Origin: Felis catus
Taxonomy: Eukaryota
Assembly (NCBI RefSeq): GCF_018350175.1
Contig: NC_058368.1
Location: 63,366,001-63,430,000, forward strand
Length of the DNA: 64,000 nt
Direction of reading: 5' to 3'
The position numbers and the translations under genes were made by a program. Each line of letters begins with the position of its first letter. Position 1 is the first letter of the stretch. The notes under the pieces were generated by a model. It did not search any database, had not been told where the DNA came from, and was given only the letters and a program-made list of their open reading frames with translations. This document shows positions 24,636 through 38,557 of this stretch, in pieces.

Positions 24636-27600
24636 GTTTGTTTTTTTTTAACTCCTAATCCATTCTAGATTCACACTCACTTCCCATATTGTTCAGTGAT
24701 GTTAAATTTACAAAAGGATTTTTATCTGGTCCCTTTTGGTGGTTCTATCCAGTTTTATGTTTTTTCATTATATTGACTTTTAATGTTTTAATTAATGAGA
24801 AATGTTTGTGTGTATTTTTTGTATTTTTTTAAACAAGGAACAGGGAGCAAAATGACATGTTGAATGTGATGAACAGTTTTCAGTTCATGCAAATTAATGA
24901 TTTCATGCCTAAAGTTTATTTTTTTTCTTTCACCAAGCCCCCAGTTAGCATGGCAATCTATATTAGGGATAAAATGTTATGTTGCTAATATCTAAATGCC
25001 CTGTTTTAGAAAGATACACAAGTAACTCTGGGGGAGAGTTTATCAGGCCTCTGCCAACTTTTTCATTCAATATCTAACTCCCCACTTCACTGTTGGCCAT
25101 GGACATGGCATTTATGGTATTAACTATGTTTTTATTTACTTCCTTACTTACGTACAATTGAAGCTGGTAATAGCACAGTCTCCTACTTATGCTCTCCATG
25201 TAGATTGTGGATGGTTTATTTGCTATCATCTTTGATATGTATGGTTTCTCAGAGAAGATGCAGGGGAGACTCAGATTTAAATAGCCACCATTATCCTACA
25301 GAAAACTACATTTTCTTATGATGAAAGTCTGTAATCTAAGTTTTAATCCTGAATTAAGTGAGGAATGCTTTATTCTGAATTGCATTATAAACTTCCAATA
25401 TTCAAATATAGAAACATTCAACCAAAATATTTATTTCAAAACTACAATGAGCTACTTGTTGCTCACCTTCTCTGATGGTGGCAATACATTGTTACTATAG
25501 CATAGATTTTTATAATTATTGATAAGCTACTATATAATATAGTGAGTAAGCTTAGAATAAGGTAGCCATTCTTAGTTCCCAAATAGAAATTTTATTTCTT
25601 GCACCTCCTAAAGGTGAGAATTTATCTCAACCAAAATAGAAGTTGCAAATAATGTATTATTTCAAACGCTGTAAAAAGTAATTCTTAATTTTTTTCAATA
25701 ACCTTTTCCTTCTCCCTTACCCCCACCTTCCTCTTTACTTTCCTTTATCCTAAATAGCTGTCCTAATTCTCCAAGAGACCCTTACCTCTTCTGTCCCAAC
25801 CATTATATCTCTCTAGTCTAGATATTAGAAATCCTAGTTGGGGAATTGTTCATTTCCATGGGGTTTAATCACATTTTTTTTAATTTGGAAGTTGTTCTCA
25901 CTCATAAAGAGATATTCCTAATATATTAGGAATTTATGGCTACAATCATATAAGCCATGTATTTGGAAGCATAAACATGAATGTAAAATAGCAGATTACA
26001 GCCTCTTCACCTATCCTTCCATCTGTAAGGAAATAATTTCTGTTACACAAACATTCCCGCTAAGAAATTTACATTCTGAAAATATTTAGTTACATTTCTG
26101 TTAGATGTTTGAATATTCTTTTATATTTTCTGCTTTTGACTAATGCTCTTAGAGAAAAATACCTTGAACCTGCTCACCTCATTTTAGTTGGTGCTAAACA
26201 GAGTTCATGCCACTTGGTTACACACTTAAGAGCTATACTTACTGAGTGGTAATAGATGCTGCCACATTTCAACATTACAGAAGATGGAGGGAAATAGGAG
26301 AAGCTTTAGTTCTTCTTTCTGCTTTTGTTCATTAGGCTGAGCCTCTCTCCCCTGTAGCTGTTCTAGTGTCTCCTTTTCTGCTTCCTTGGTTGCTCAGTTT
26401 CTTTCTCCAAAATGTTGGCTGTGTGGCAACAATTACAACCCAAATACTTCCAACCCCTATCCTCCTTCAGAGGGGAAAATGAAGCTTTTCCATGTCAATT
26501 ACTGATTTATTTCCCATTGGCACCTATTTCCTCTCTGAGACCTCAAGTCTCTTGGTTGGCAATCACCCATTCATGCTCAGAAAGTCATTAAATCAAGGAA
26601 ACGTGGCATCCTTTACTGGAGGTTTGGAACAAAGCACATAAAATTAAATATCCCACCCTTCCAGTCCCTCAACCATCTCTAGAGAGAGTTTACCCTTCTA
26701 CTTGGGCAACCTTCTACCATATTGCAAAGCTTCATCTGTTGCTTACTTCTTCTGGCAGCTCCCACCATTCAATTTCTCTTCATTTTATTTGCAGACAATC
26801 TTCTGTTTTGCTGTCTCCTTCCAAATCATATAAACATTAGCTCCCAAGGTCAGACCATTAAAATATTTTTTTAAACAAAAGTCTCCAGAGAAAAATTATG
26901 CCACTTCCTCAGAGGCAAAAGCAGCTAAGTTATTTGTAATTTTAACTAGCATATTTTTTCCTCTCTGTTACTTTGTTTTATTCAAAAACAGCTAATGTAG
27001 TCCTTTATATCAGGGTCATAATAACCAAAGACAGTCCATGAATACCCACAAGCTCTAGAAGTGCTGTTGCAGGAGAAAAGATTTATAAAAACCTAACGCG
27101 AGGTCATTAGAAAAGATACAACAGTGATGAAAGAATTAAAATATTCATTTTCTGTTCCGATAGAAGCCAGGTCAGAGATTAAAAAAAGGCAACACTTCTC
27201 CTTTTCTGTTTCCAAGTTGGAACAGTGCAGAAACTTTACGCTGACTGTGACTAAGTCATTAATTGAACAGTACGCTAAATAAATTAAATAAGCGAGTGCC
27301 TTGTAAAAGTACGAGGCAATCATGGTTATGATTAGGGAAGCTGAGGTGTGGAACACCCAGAGAGAAAACTGACGGAAGTATTAAAGACTCCATATGTGGC
27401 CCACCTGGCTGGGCAAGAAATCTGGAGAAGCAGTCAAGTGAGTAAATCAGAAAAGTAGATCAAAAAGAAAATTTGAGAGTGAGATCAATGTAAGTGAATT
27501 AGAAGGGAGGAAAAACCCTTTTCTATAATGTGACCAAAATTATGAAGGAGCCAAAATATAAGATAATAACAGCTAAGGAAAAATAGCTGTATGTACCAAG

Positions 27601-28861
27601 AATCTGAATATTTCCTGGGTAAAATTAGTCTGTTTATAAGTCATTCTGAAGTGTGGCAGTCAACATCAGTATGGGTCCTTGGTAGCAAGCAAAATCTACT
27701 CAAATTTAAGCTAACAACAACAACAAAAATACAAGAAAGAAAGAAATTACTAAAGGAGATCCAGCATTTCAAAGACTTAATTTGAGGGAGGTGGTCAGAG
27801 GGGGGGGCCTGGAGAAAGAGTCTCAGAAATGGACAGCACCTAGAAAGGGGAGGTAGCCCAAGTCCCACCACTGAACAGCCTGATTAGGATACTGTCTGGT
27901 TAACAGTAATCCGAATAGGCACCCAAGACTCCACTCTTACAATGCTTCCATTGCTACTGTGGAAAATTTCTCACCAGTTGTTTTGCCTCTTAAGATTCAA
28001 CAGTTCAAAGTCCCAGGCATAAGCATTTCCTTACTGAGCTGTGTCACATGATCACTTCTAGGAAGAGAGAGAGAGAGAGAGAGAGAGAGTGTGTGTAAAT
28101 TACCAGGTCTGTAACCACAGCTCAGGGAGTGGGGGAGGGGGATTTCCTCAAAGACAGAAGCCTTTTCTTCACCCTTCCACCAAATAAGACACATCAAATG
28201 GCCTCCATAAATACTGAATGTTTGACACTGCTATCAATTTAATTTGGTTGGATTAATAAATGAAAATAGCTAGAATTCAGTTTTCCTGATTGATCTGCTC
28301 CTCATGATAAAAGAAAGGAGTGGGGAGACAGGAGCCCCGAGGGCAGTGGAGGAGGGGGCAATAATGTGTAGAGGCAAAACATGAAGGCTCTTAAGTCCGG
28401 GATTTAAATCCCATTGTAATGTTTACTATCTCTGAACGTGGGTAAATTCGTTATATACAGCTTCATATTGGTGGTAGTTAAAGTGGAAATGAGAATGCTA
28501 TTCATCTCATAAAGTTATTCTGAGGATGGAATTTTAAAATGCATGCTACTTGCTTACTGTGCTGCCTGGAACATGAGCAAGTGCTCATAAAATGCAAACA
28601 ACCCCCTCCCACTTAGACTTGTGGGGCTGTGCGTGCACTGAAAGCCCAACCACTCTGAACAAATTCTTGATATTTTGATTTCTCTTCCTCCCCAATGCTG
28701 AGGAGAACCCTGATAAAAGCCTTTTACATCCAGTGATTTTGACTGCTTTTCTGAGTTGTCTCATCATCTCCCTTTATCCCGATCCTCAATCTCAGGCTGT
28801 TACCCTGTAAATATAAGGGTATTCTTGAGTTCCATGTTGGGTTTAAAAAAAGTATCCCTTT

Positions 28862-29096
28862 GGGGCGCCTGGGTAACTCAGTCAGTTGAGCACCCAACTC
28901 TTGATTTCAGCTCAGGTCATGATCCCAGGGTCTCGGCATCAAGCGCTGAGTGTGGAACCTGCTTGGGATTCATTCATTTTTTCTCTCTCTCTCTATCTCT
29001 CTCCCTCCCTCCCTCCCTCTCTCTCTCTCCCCACCTCTCTTCCCTGCTTGCACACTCTCTCTCTAAAATAAAATTAAAAAACAAAAAACAAAAAAG
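28862..29096 (+). mobile_element. Can-SINE
   Basis: ggggcgcctgggtaactcagtcagttgagc..., long (CT)n, A-tail; TSD aaaagtat(t)ccc. Confidence 0.92.
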
Positions 29097-29890
29097 AAAA
29101 GTATTCCCAGAGCCCTTTCTAGGACTAGAGCCCTACTTTTATCTTGCTAGCCACCTTGCCACCAGTATTTAGTTCCCGTTTGGCTGGGTGCCACTACCAT
29201 GAACATGAGCTTGAAAGGCAGGTGATCTTAACTTTGAAACAAGCATTGTCACTCAAAAGGTGTGTGACTTTAGACAAGTTAACTTCTCTGGGCTTCATTG
29301 GCATTACCTGTATAACAAGGGTGGTAATGAATATGGCACATAAAAAAATGCCTTTGATTATTATCTCAGTAACTGTTCTCAACTATGAGTAAAGAGAATC
29401 TTCTAGCAGGATACTATAATAGAAAAAACTCTACACCTGGCCTTGATTTTCTCAGGAGAGATTGCAGTAAGAAATTAAAGGGAGATGTAACAGAGACTCT
29501 GTAAGAAACTAAGATTAAGATCACTCCATTTAGGAACTTTATAAAATCATTGTAAGACTGATGGGGAGAGAATTTTCCTCCAGTCACACCAGCCAGGACT
29601 CTGCAGGTCATAATGGAAGGTGCAACCACAAGGTGGCAGTAAACAGGACATTAGTGTATTGAACCCCATCACAGGAGTGTGATTTTATCACAAAATTGCA
29701 AGATTGCAGTCTCTGGGATTTGTTCTGTCCAAGGAGTTGTCCCAACCCTGGCTGCACAATGGAATCATTTGCAAAATTTTTCAAAAACACTAATCTCCAG
29801 ACCCATCTCCAAAAGACTAATGTGTAACTGGATGAAAGGGGGAAAGAAATATAATTTAAAATATACTTTTGCTTTAGCAAGAAAGGGAGA

Positions 29891-30089
29891 GGCTCAGTGG
29901 GTTTAGCATCCAACTTTTGATTTCAGCTCAGGTCATGATCTCGTGGTCATGAGATCAAGCCCCATGTCAGGCTTTGTGTTGACAGCACAGGGGCTGCTTG
30001 GGATTCTTTTTCTCCCTCTCTCTCTCTGCCCCTCCCCCAAGTGAGTGTGCACTCTCTCTCTCAAAATAAATAAATATTTTTTTAAAAAA
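29891..30089 (+). mobile_element. Can-SINE, slightly 5'-truncated
   Basis: ggctcagtgggtttagcatccaac...ctcaggtcatgatctc...ctctcaaaataaataaa. Confidence 0.88.
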
Positions 30090-32214
30090 GAGAGAGAGAG
30101 AGGAAGGAATTACTGTCCTGGGGAGTTAACTGTTTGAGGTCATCCAAGTCATTTCTCTTCTTCTTAGAAGTGCCCTGAAAATCTGTGCAGGAAAGTTAAA
30201 ACTGCTAGACATGTTCTTGATAATTTTGATGTTTATGTGCTCTAACAGCTCAAAACCTTTACAATCAAAGAAACAATTCCTAGAGTTTAATCAAAATCCC
30301 TCCTGTTGAAAGCTAAACTTCATTCTAGCGTTTAGCTCAGAGGAAACAAGGACTCACAAGACTCGGATTTTACACTTCACTATCCTTGAAGTGTCATACC
30401 TCAGTTTACATAAGTGAGTTTCTTTTGTGCTTAATGCAATTGATTTGCTGCTTTCTACTGATGTGTAGTGTGACTCAGCTTACAAGCAATTTGGGGCAGT
30501 ACCTTCTTGTTTCCTAAGCCAAATTTTGTTGTGAGAGCAAGCTTCTCTGGCCCGAGGGCTATTATGGGGATGGGATGGCAGGTCCTAGCATTTGACCTCC
30601 ACTCAGAGCAACCATTACACTGGCCTTGGGCCATAGGCACCTGGTAGTAGCCTGACTTCATCAAATCTTTCTGCCAATCCTGGGAAATGAAAAACGAGTC
30701 TTTGGCAAACTTCAGTCTGACTCAATGTACATTTAAGCCAAGGTATAAAATATAATAGTCACTGTTACTGAGAATCTAGTATATGCCAAAGATGTTGTAA
30801 CAATTAAAGGAGAAATTTATGGACAGAGCACACTGCCAGGAACATAGTAATCTCAATAAATGGTGATGAGTATAGGCATTATTGCTGATCCCAAAAGTGG
30901 CCTTGAAAGGAAGACATGATTTTTCTCCTTTTACAAGTATGAAATTAAGGTTCAAAAAGGTTCCATAACTTGCCCAGGATTATACTGTTCATATATGGCT
31001 GAGCAGCCATTTGAACAGAAGGAAATGTTTGAACAACAGAGCCTTGCCCGGGATTGAGAGAGCAGAATATTTGCAACTGTCTGTGGTAGTCTCCCATGAT
31101 TAGAAGGGGGCTGAGTGGAGATTACAATGAATTACTTCCTTTTATTTTGCGTAAGATCTCAAACCACTTAAAATTAATCCTCCAGTAGACTACTGGTTCT
31201 GTGTTGTGCATGTATGTGTGCAAACACATACATGAGTGTGTGTATGTGGATGAATATGATTTACTGGTTTGGTGGTAATAGAAGAGAGAGGCAGGTGATT
31301 AATTGAATTATAGCAATAGCACAAGCTGATCACATTCAAAGAGATTAATATCATTCATTTCAGTTCTCTAAGTAGTTATTATCAAGGGCATATTATGTGC
31401 TTGAAAGTAAGTGGTTAAGTTCCTTAGAGAATATAAAAGAAGAACATGGCAGAATCCCAGTACTCAAAAATCTTTGGTTTAGTTAAAACTCACTGTGAAA
31501 TAGAGAATCAAAGAATATAAGAATTTGTTCGTTAAAGTGCTAAATTAAACATAAAAGTAAGTCCCAAAATGTATAATAGGTTTCTTCAGGATGAATTGAG
31601 GGCAAGGAAAATTTTTTCAGGAAACACGATGGGGGAAAATCCTGGATGCCCTGAGAGACAGAAATGGGATGGCCCATTGGGAACTGCTCTAAACTCTTAA
31701 AGAGGAGAAAGGAAGGTACAATGAAAATGGCATTAGAGAAAAATTCACCAGGGAGCCATGCTCAGTTTCCTTGGTGCCAAGCCAGTAGACATACATATGC
31801 ACCTGCACTCATGCATTCATATATATTCAAAGAAACACAGAGATAGAGACAGAGATCATTTGCTTACTTGCAAAACTCCTATGGCCATGCTAAGTCTTCA
31901 AGAAGAATTATTGAGTATGACAATGGATACTTTCAAAGGCAGGAACAGAGCAACAACCTTCAACTCTGGTTTTCAGTTAGGGTAGACCATGTAACCCTGG
32001 TCTAGCCCCTTCTGGGGAATGTACTCTAATCCCATCATTCATAACATAGGTATGATTTTCCATTACCAGCAAACAGAGAATATCAGGAAGTTTTTTGTCC
32101 ACACACAAAGATCCATGGGGTTAATTAAAGAGGAGATTTTACCCCCAGAAGCATAAGGCAATGGGGTGAGAAAGCTAAATCTTTTTGATGAAACAAAGAA
32201 GTTCAGACAGCTTT

Positions 32215-32417
32215 GGGGTACCTGGGTGGCTCAGTTGGTTGAGCATCCAACTTCAGCTTAGGTCATGATGTCACTGTTCATGAGTTCAAGCCCTGCATCG
32301 GGCTTGCTGCTGTCAGTGCAGAACCCACTTCAGATCCTTTGTCCCCCACTCTCTGTCTGCCCCTCCCCCACTCACACTCTGTCTCTCAAAAATAAGTGAA
32401 AAAAAAAAAAAAAAAAA
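32215..32417 (+). mobile_element. Can-SINE
   Basis: Full head and A-tail; TSD aagttca(g/a)acag. Confidence 0.92.
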
Positions 32418-34790
32418 GTTCAAACAGTTTCATGTGCTCCATAGCTACCAAAAAGGAAGGGGGCCAATCTTCTTTTCCTACTGTCAGACCTAAAGACCTA
32501 AAGTCTTTTTTAAGGAATCCATGACACCCTACTTAATTAGAATAAATCTTCCCTAAATTGCAATTGGCTTCATTAAATGAGAAAAAAAAAAAAACCATAT
32601 TAGAATGGCTCTCTGGGGGAGGGGAGGATGTGAAAATTGCCAAAGAATGGTTTTAATTTTAGAATACCAGGAAGAATTTCACACAGCAGCAAACATAATT
32701 TCACTAAAGCTGCATGAAAATATTACATACCTAAGCAGCTATAAATCTTTGTTTATAAAAATAATAGTAAATGCAGGACTCCTAATGAATAAAAATGAAT
32801 TTTAAATCTATATTCAGTATTGGCTTGTCTGCTAACAGCTTTGGTCTAAATCTTAGTTAATGACCTTCTTGTTCAGCTCCAAACCATGTGGGTTTGCTCT
32901 TACCATTTTTGGTTTACCAAATATGAAAGCAACCATCTCAACCACCATAAACAAAAGGAGATGTGTCACTCTGAACCTCAACATACCTCATGACAAACTA
33001 GAAGCTTTGGCAGACAGTAGTGGTCTGAGACTTCACAATGTAGTTGATGCCCCTGAGATCACTCTACCCTTTGCTGCTGCTGCCACAGATCAGTAGGGTC
33101 AGCAGTGGACAGGGGATTTCGGCCAAGAAATGGAATTTAGAAATGCTAGACAGACAAATCCCCTAGAGTCAATCCATTGCCTCCAATTATTTCACTACTT
33201 CGGTTTGACAGTTTCTAGAGAAAGAGAAGCTGTCACTTCAAATGACCCCTGGTCAATTTTTACTGGTCATCTTGAGCTTCTTATAAAGTTGCTCTTCTAA
33301 TTGTTCATATAAGAAGGGAGCAGAAAAGTAAGCTATAGGTTGCAAAACTAAGGGATTGGCTTTGCTCCTTGTAACACGGATAAGAATCATGGGAAGCAGG
33401 GAGCTTAGATAATTGGACAGTAGAATGCTATAGAGCAATATTATACCCATATGCTTGTTCTAGTGTAGACATGTTGGCTAGTATTGATTCATTCTGAAAT
33501 ACACAGCCATCCCTCTCCTTGCAGGGGCAGAAAGGATATGCCAACCTAGCCATGTGGAATGAGGGATGCCCAGTTTGTCTGCTTATTTGCTTTGGTGTAT
33601 TAACATATTAGACCTAATCAAACTGAACAAATTACTACTAAATCTACAAAGGAGAAGATATGTCAATTGTCACATCAAATCATTTTACCTATATCACACT
33701 AAGTACCATTTAGTAAGTTTTACATTCCATTGTCCTCAATTAAAGGATGGGGGGGCGGGGGGTTGGGCTAACAGTGAGACTATCAGTTCTCTATACTCAG
33801 AAGACAGATGAACAAGAAATAATATGAGGGCATATAATACACAGCACTAAACTGGGCCTTATCAGGAATAATAAGGAAAAACATAACCTAAGTGTTTGGC
33901 TTTTTTTTCCTAATTGAAGAAAACAGAACACAAACCAAATGCAACAGCAAGATCACCAACAGACTCCACTTCCCTCTATTCAGGTTATGTTGCATTTACA
34001 AACTATAGTTTGTGCTACAAGGCAATATATACACTCCTAAAAAATAAAACTCACTTCCTGTAAACCATATATGAAAAATAACCAAAGATTATGCCAAAAA
34101 ATGGGGTTATGGGCAGACCACTCACAATCTATGCAATTCATAACAAGAATGCTAACAAAACAAAAACAATCAATAAAAATGCTAGCTCTGCTAAAAAGAC
34201 ATTGATATTCCTAATAAAGAAATACTAAGTGAAAGTACATTGATAGAGGGAATGTAAGAAGGAGTTAAGGCTGCTGAGTTGTAGAAACAAGATCAAAATG
34301 TACAAACATTGGGGGGAATTGCAAGATAGGAACTCCTAGGACAAAGCATGTGGCCACACTTAGTCAAGAGGAAGAATATAGGATGATAAACATCATGTAC
34401 AGGACTCTATCCTCTGCAGCCACTATGTTCATGTATTTTGCATTCAGCTACTATCCTTTCATGTGTGAAACACACTTGATATGTGTCAGTTTTGGTGTAA
34501 AACATTAATATGCTGAGGCAAATCATACATGGACCAACCTATGTGATTGATGCATTATAAAGACATCCTTCTTCCATCTACCCACCACGTATAAGCTAGT
34601 TTTCAATACAGAAATAAAAGTTTTAGTAGAACAGACCAAACATTATGATTTATTATATTTTCTTACCCAAACCCTCATTTAACTTCATATCAGTTTCTCC
34701 CATTATTACTAAGGGTGTTACCAATATCTGAATGTCCCAAGCTTGAACTGCATTTTTTTACTCCATCTTACTTTTAAATAGCAATTTTCA

Positions 34791-34986
34791 GGGGTGCCTG
34801 GGTAGCTGAATCACTTAAGCACCTGACTTTTGATTTCAGTTCAGCTCATGATCTCACAGTTCATGGGTTTAAGCCCCATGTCAACTGCTCTGACAGCATG
34901 GAGCCTGCTTGGAATTCTCTCTCCCTCTCTCTCTGCCCCTTCCCTGCTCACACACTCTTTCACTCTCTCAAAAATAAATATACTTT
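34791..34986 (+). mobile_element. Can-SINE
   Basis: ggggtgcctgggtagctg...ctctcaaaaataaata; atagcaattt repeated on both flanks. Confidence 0.9.
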
Positions 34987-35233
34987 AAATATATATGTAC
35001 ATAGCAATTTGCAGAATATTTCATTTATTATAAATTAACACATCGGCATTCAGGCCCCTCTCTCCTGTCAAGGTATGGTTGGAGAAAGAAGAACTAGCCA
35101 GAGGGGGACCAAGATATAGGAGTGGGGTAATTCTTGTCTGCTCTCATAAAAGTGAAACCAGTTAGATCTGGAAGTCATGATGAGTTGGGTGGAGAGGGAG
35201 CAGACACAGAGCTCTTTAAGAATAACAAGCGTT

Positions 35234-35458
35234 GGGGCGCCTGGGTGGCTCAGTCGGTTAAGTGTCTGACTTCAGCTCAGGTCATGATCTCGCACTCCGT
35301 GAGTTCAAGCCCCGCATAGGGCTCTGTGCTGACAGCTCAGAGCCTGGAGCCTGTTTCAGATTCTGTGTCTCCCTCTCTCTCTGACCCTCCCCTGTTCATG
35401 CTCTGACTCTCTCTGTCTCAAAAATAAATAAATGTTAAAAAAATTAAAAAAAAAAAAA
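35234..35458 (+). mobile_element. Can-SINE (SINEC_Fc), first of a tandem pair
   Basis: Near-consensus element; TSD aagaataacaagcg at 35218-35231 and 35459-35472. Confidence 0.95.
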
Positions 35459-35475
35459 AAGAATAACAAGCGCAT

Positions 35476-35670
35476 GGGGCACCTGGTGGCTCAGTCGGTT
35501 GAGCATATGATTTCGGCTTGGGCCGTGATCTCTTGGTTTGTGAGTTCGAGCCCCACCTCAGACTCGCTGCTGTCAGCCTGTCAGTACAGAGCCTCTTTTG
35601 GACCCTCTGTCCCCCTCTCTCCACCTCTCCCCCACTTGGGCTCCTCCATAATAAATAAATATTTAAAAAA
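35476..35670 (+). mobile_element. Can-SINE, second of a tandem pair
   Basis: Head and tail present; TSD aagaataacaag(c/t)gca at 35459-35474 and 35671-35686. Confidence 0.93.
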
Positions 35671-36768
35671 AAGAATAACAAGTGCAAATCTTGCCAGATT
35701 ATCTAAGGGGCTACCTGGAGAGTGGTGACCACCATATAAGAACAATACAAGGCAAAGGCAAAGTACCAGGAAAACAAAGATGAGAATAACAGTAGGCAAA
35801 GGGGAAACAGTCTGGTCAGGACTCCTCCATGATTTACATGAAATCCAAAAACAAGTTTGTGTGGGAAGGTGGGTTTTATTTTAGAAAGCTCAAAAAGGAT
35901 GAACAAAAGGCTGTACCTGCCTCTTTCCTTCCTGAATTGACTGCAAGCTGACCACCAAAATCTGATCACTCTCTTCACAGTGTAGAGTTATCCTGAGCGT
36001 GTCCCCTCCTAATTACAGACTATATAACCTAGGTTTACTTACAGTTAGGTGTGGATTACGACTACACTGTGGCAAAGAAATACATAGAAGTCATGGATGC
36101 TGTTTCAGCCTCACAGTGAAATAAAGCTGTGCCTTAAAACCATGAATGTATTTGTTCCACGCTCCCTCTCCCGTTTTTTGCTGCAACCCAGGCATGGCAG
36201 CAGTCCAGCCTCTTGATTGCTCTGTGGGATCCTGGAACATGAAATTAGCAGAAACCTGGGTAGCAAATAACTTCAAGGAGTAGAATTGCCCTACTGACCT
36301 ACAAATATTACCTGAGAAAGAAATTATCTCCTGTGTTCTTTAAACCTTCATCCCTTGGAGTTTAGCTTTCTCTCAAATAATACCCCTTCTATCACATTCA
36401 AAAGTCTGTTTAGTCATAACTGTCAGTTAATGTTCAACAAATGTATTATCTAAAAGGTAGCTTTAAATATTCAATATCTTCTCATTTCTGACCAAAAGGA
36501 AGCAAATCTCTATGTACCTGTTGTAAACAAGCTTCCATGAGCTGTGCTTTCCAAGTGATATGTTTTGTTCAGAGGTTCTTGAACATCTTCAGCTATTCTA
36601 AATTATTGTAATTACAATTTTTGAGGAGGAGGATATGACAAAGCAAGTTCCTATTTCATCCATTCATTCTAAATCAGCTAGAATACTTAGAATTTTTTTT
36701 AATAAAGAAGTCTTAGAAATATTAAAATGTTCTTTATAAACTATAGTAGTTTTTAAAAGGGAGGTACT

Positions 36769-36993
36769 GGGGCGCCTGGGTGGCTCAGTCAGTGGAGCAT
36801 CCAGTTTCAGCTTAGGTCATGATCTCACTGGCTCATGAGTTCGAGCCCTGCATTGGGCTCTGTTCTGACAGCTTGGAGCCTGGAGCCTGCTTTGGATTCT
36901 GTGTCTCCCTCTCTCTCTCTCTCTGCCCCTCCCCCACTCATGCTCTGTCTCTCCCAAAAATAAACATTAAAAAAATTAAAAATTTTTAAAAAA
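36769..36993 (+). mobile_element. Can-SINE
   Basis: Perfect 17-bp TSD taaaagggaggtactgg at 36754-36770 and 36994-37010. Confidence 0.95.
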
Positions 36994-37069
36994 TAAAAGG
37001 GAGGTACTGGTCAGGGAAGAGATAGAGACATGAGACATGTGAGACATGTCTCACATGAGACAGAATGTA

Positions 37070-37650
37070 TACACACTTAGGTATAATTATAGGTAAAGAT
37101 GGCACCTCTAATCAAGAAAAAGAGAAATTATTATACAAATTGCATTGGGACTAGCTCTCTGGAAAAAAAAGCAACTAAGTTCATCCTTATCTCTTAGAGC
37201 AAAATTATTTCCACCCCAACTAGAGGCTTAAGTGAAAAATAAATGTATAAACTTCATAGTGAATATTTATCTAAGAGAATATTTATAAGTAAATATTTAT
37301 CTCAAAATAATTTTTGAGAATGACAAACAAAATCTCCAGAAGAAAAAATAACAATACATTTGACTGCATACACATTTTAAAGTTCCCTACCAACATTTTT
37401 TCAGTTCAAAGAAAAATGACAAAACTAGGAAAATGTATACAAAAGATATCAAAGTCCTTAAAACACAAAGTTCTTACAGGTTATAAAGAAAAACATACCA
37501 ATAGAAAAATGAATAAGGGATTTGAATAATCAAGTCATAGAATAACATATTAGAATTGACTGTGAGCATTAGTGGGTTTAGGTTCCCTTAGCAATTCGAA
37601 CTTTCAAATCAAAACACAAATAAAGAGGCTCTATTTAAACTATCAGATTG
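37070..37650 (+). mobile_element. Highly degenerate L1M ORF2 3' fragment
   Basis: A-rich; aatacatttgactgcatacacattttaaagttc and accaatagaaaaatgaataagggatttgaa resemble old L1 ORF2. Confidence 0.55.
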
Positions 37651-38324
37651 GTAAAGAAGCACATCCCACTAACAGAACTCCCAAACTAGGAGCTGCATGC
37701 AAATTAAGGTTTATGAAACACTCCCCACCCACTTGGACCACCTGTGCCAGGAGCATCTTTTCCACAGACTTACAGGCTTTCTGACTGTCCCGTGTGCTCT
37801 GATCCTCAGGGAGTTCATAGATGTGCCTTTATTCACATGTACAGTTACCAGTGACTTTTTCTGTTCATGTCTGAGATTCTAGATCTTTTTGGTGCTCGTA
37901 TCTTTAAATATGATCATGCACATAAAAATATCACCCATCATCAAATAATGGGTTCCTTTTTTGTTAGAACTAAAAGACAACTCTGTAAAGGTTTCTTGCT
38001 TATTAGGGAAAAGAAGGCTGGAGAGGTGGGGGTGCAGGCAGGATGAATTTCATGTCCACAGGAGAACATTGTTAATGAGGTCACCTCTTCTTGAATGTCC
38101 TTCCCCTTGCTTTATCTTCTCTCTGGATCATCTGCCTGCAAGACAGACTCTCCTTCTTTCCAGATTATCTCCCCATATGACACTGCATCTAAGCCATTTC
38201 CTATTTTCTCAAGATAAGCAAATCAGATATTCCTACTAATGAGGCAGTGGGTGCATCTTCTAACTTTTAGGGAAAAAAATGTCTTAATGTAAACAGATAG
38301 CTCTAGTGGAGTTATTTGTCAGCA

Positions 38325-38545
38325 CTGTGACAGGTTTCAGCCCTGGCAGCAAATGGGAATCACCTGAGAATGGCACCAAACAGATTTTAAAACATCAAAA
38401 TGGCTAGGTCTCATACAAACCAATGAACTCAGAATATATGGCAGTGGGGCTGGGACATGCATTTGTTGTTGTTGTTTTGTTGTTCTGTGTGTCTTTTAAA
38501 GCTCCAGAGGTGATTCTGGTGCTACTGTTCAGTGAGCTCTGAGTA
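38325..38545. mobile_element. MER5-like hAT MITE (degenerate)
   Basis: gaatcacctgag...gtggggctgggacatgcattt...ttttaaagctccagaggtgattctg. Confidence 0.55.
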
Positions 38546-38557
38546 TCAGTCCTAGAA

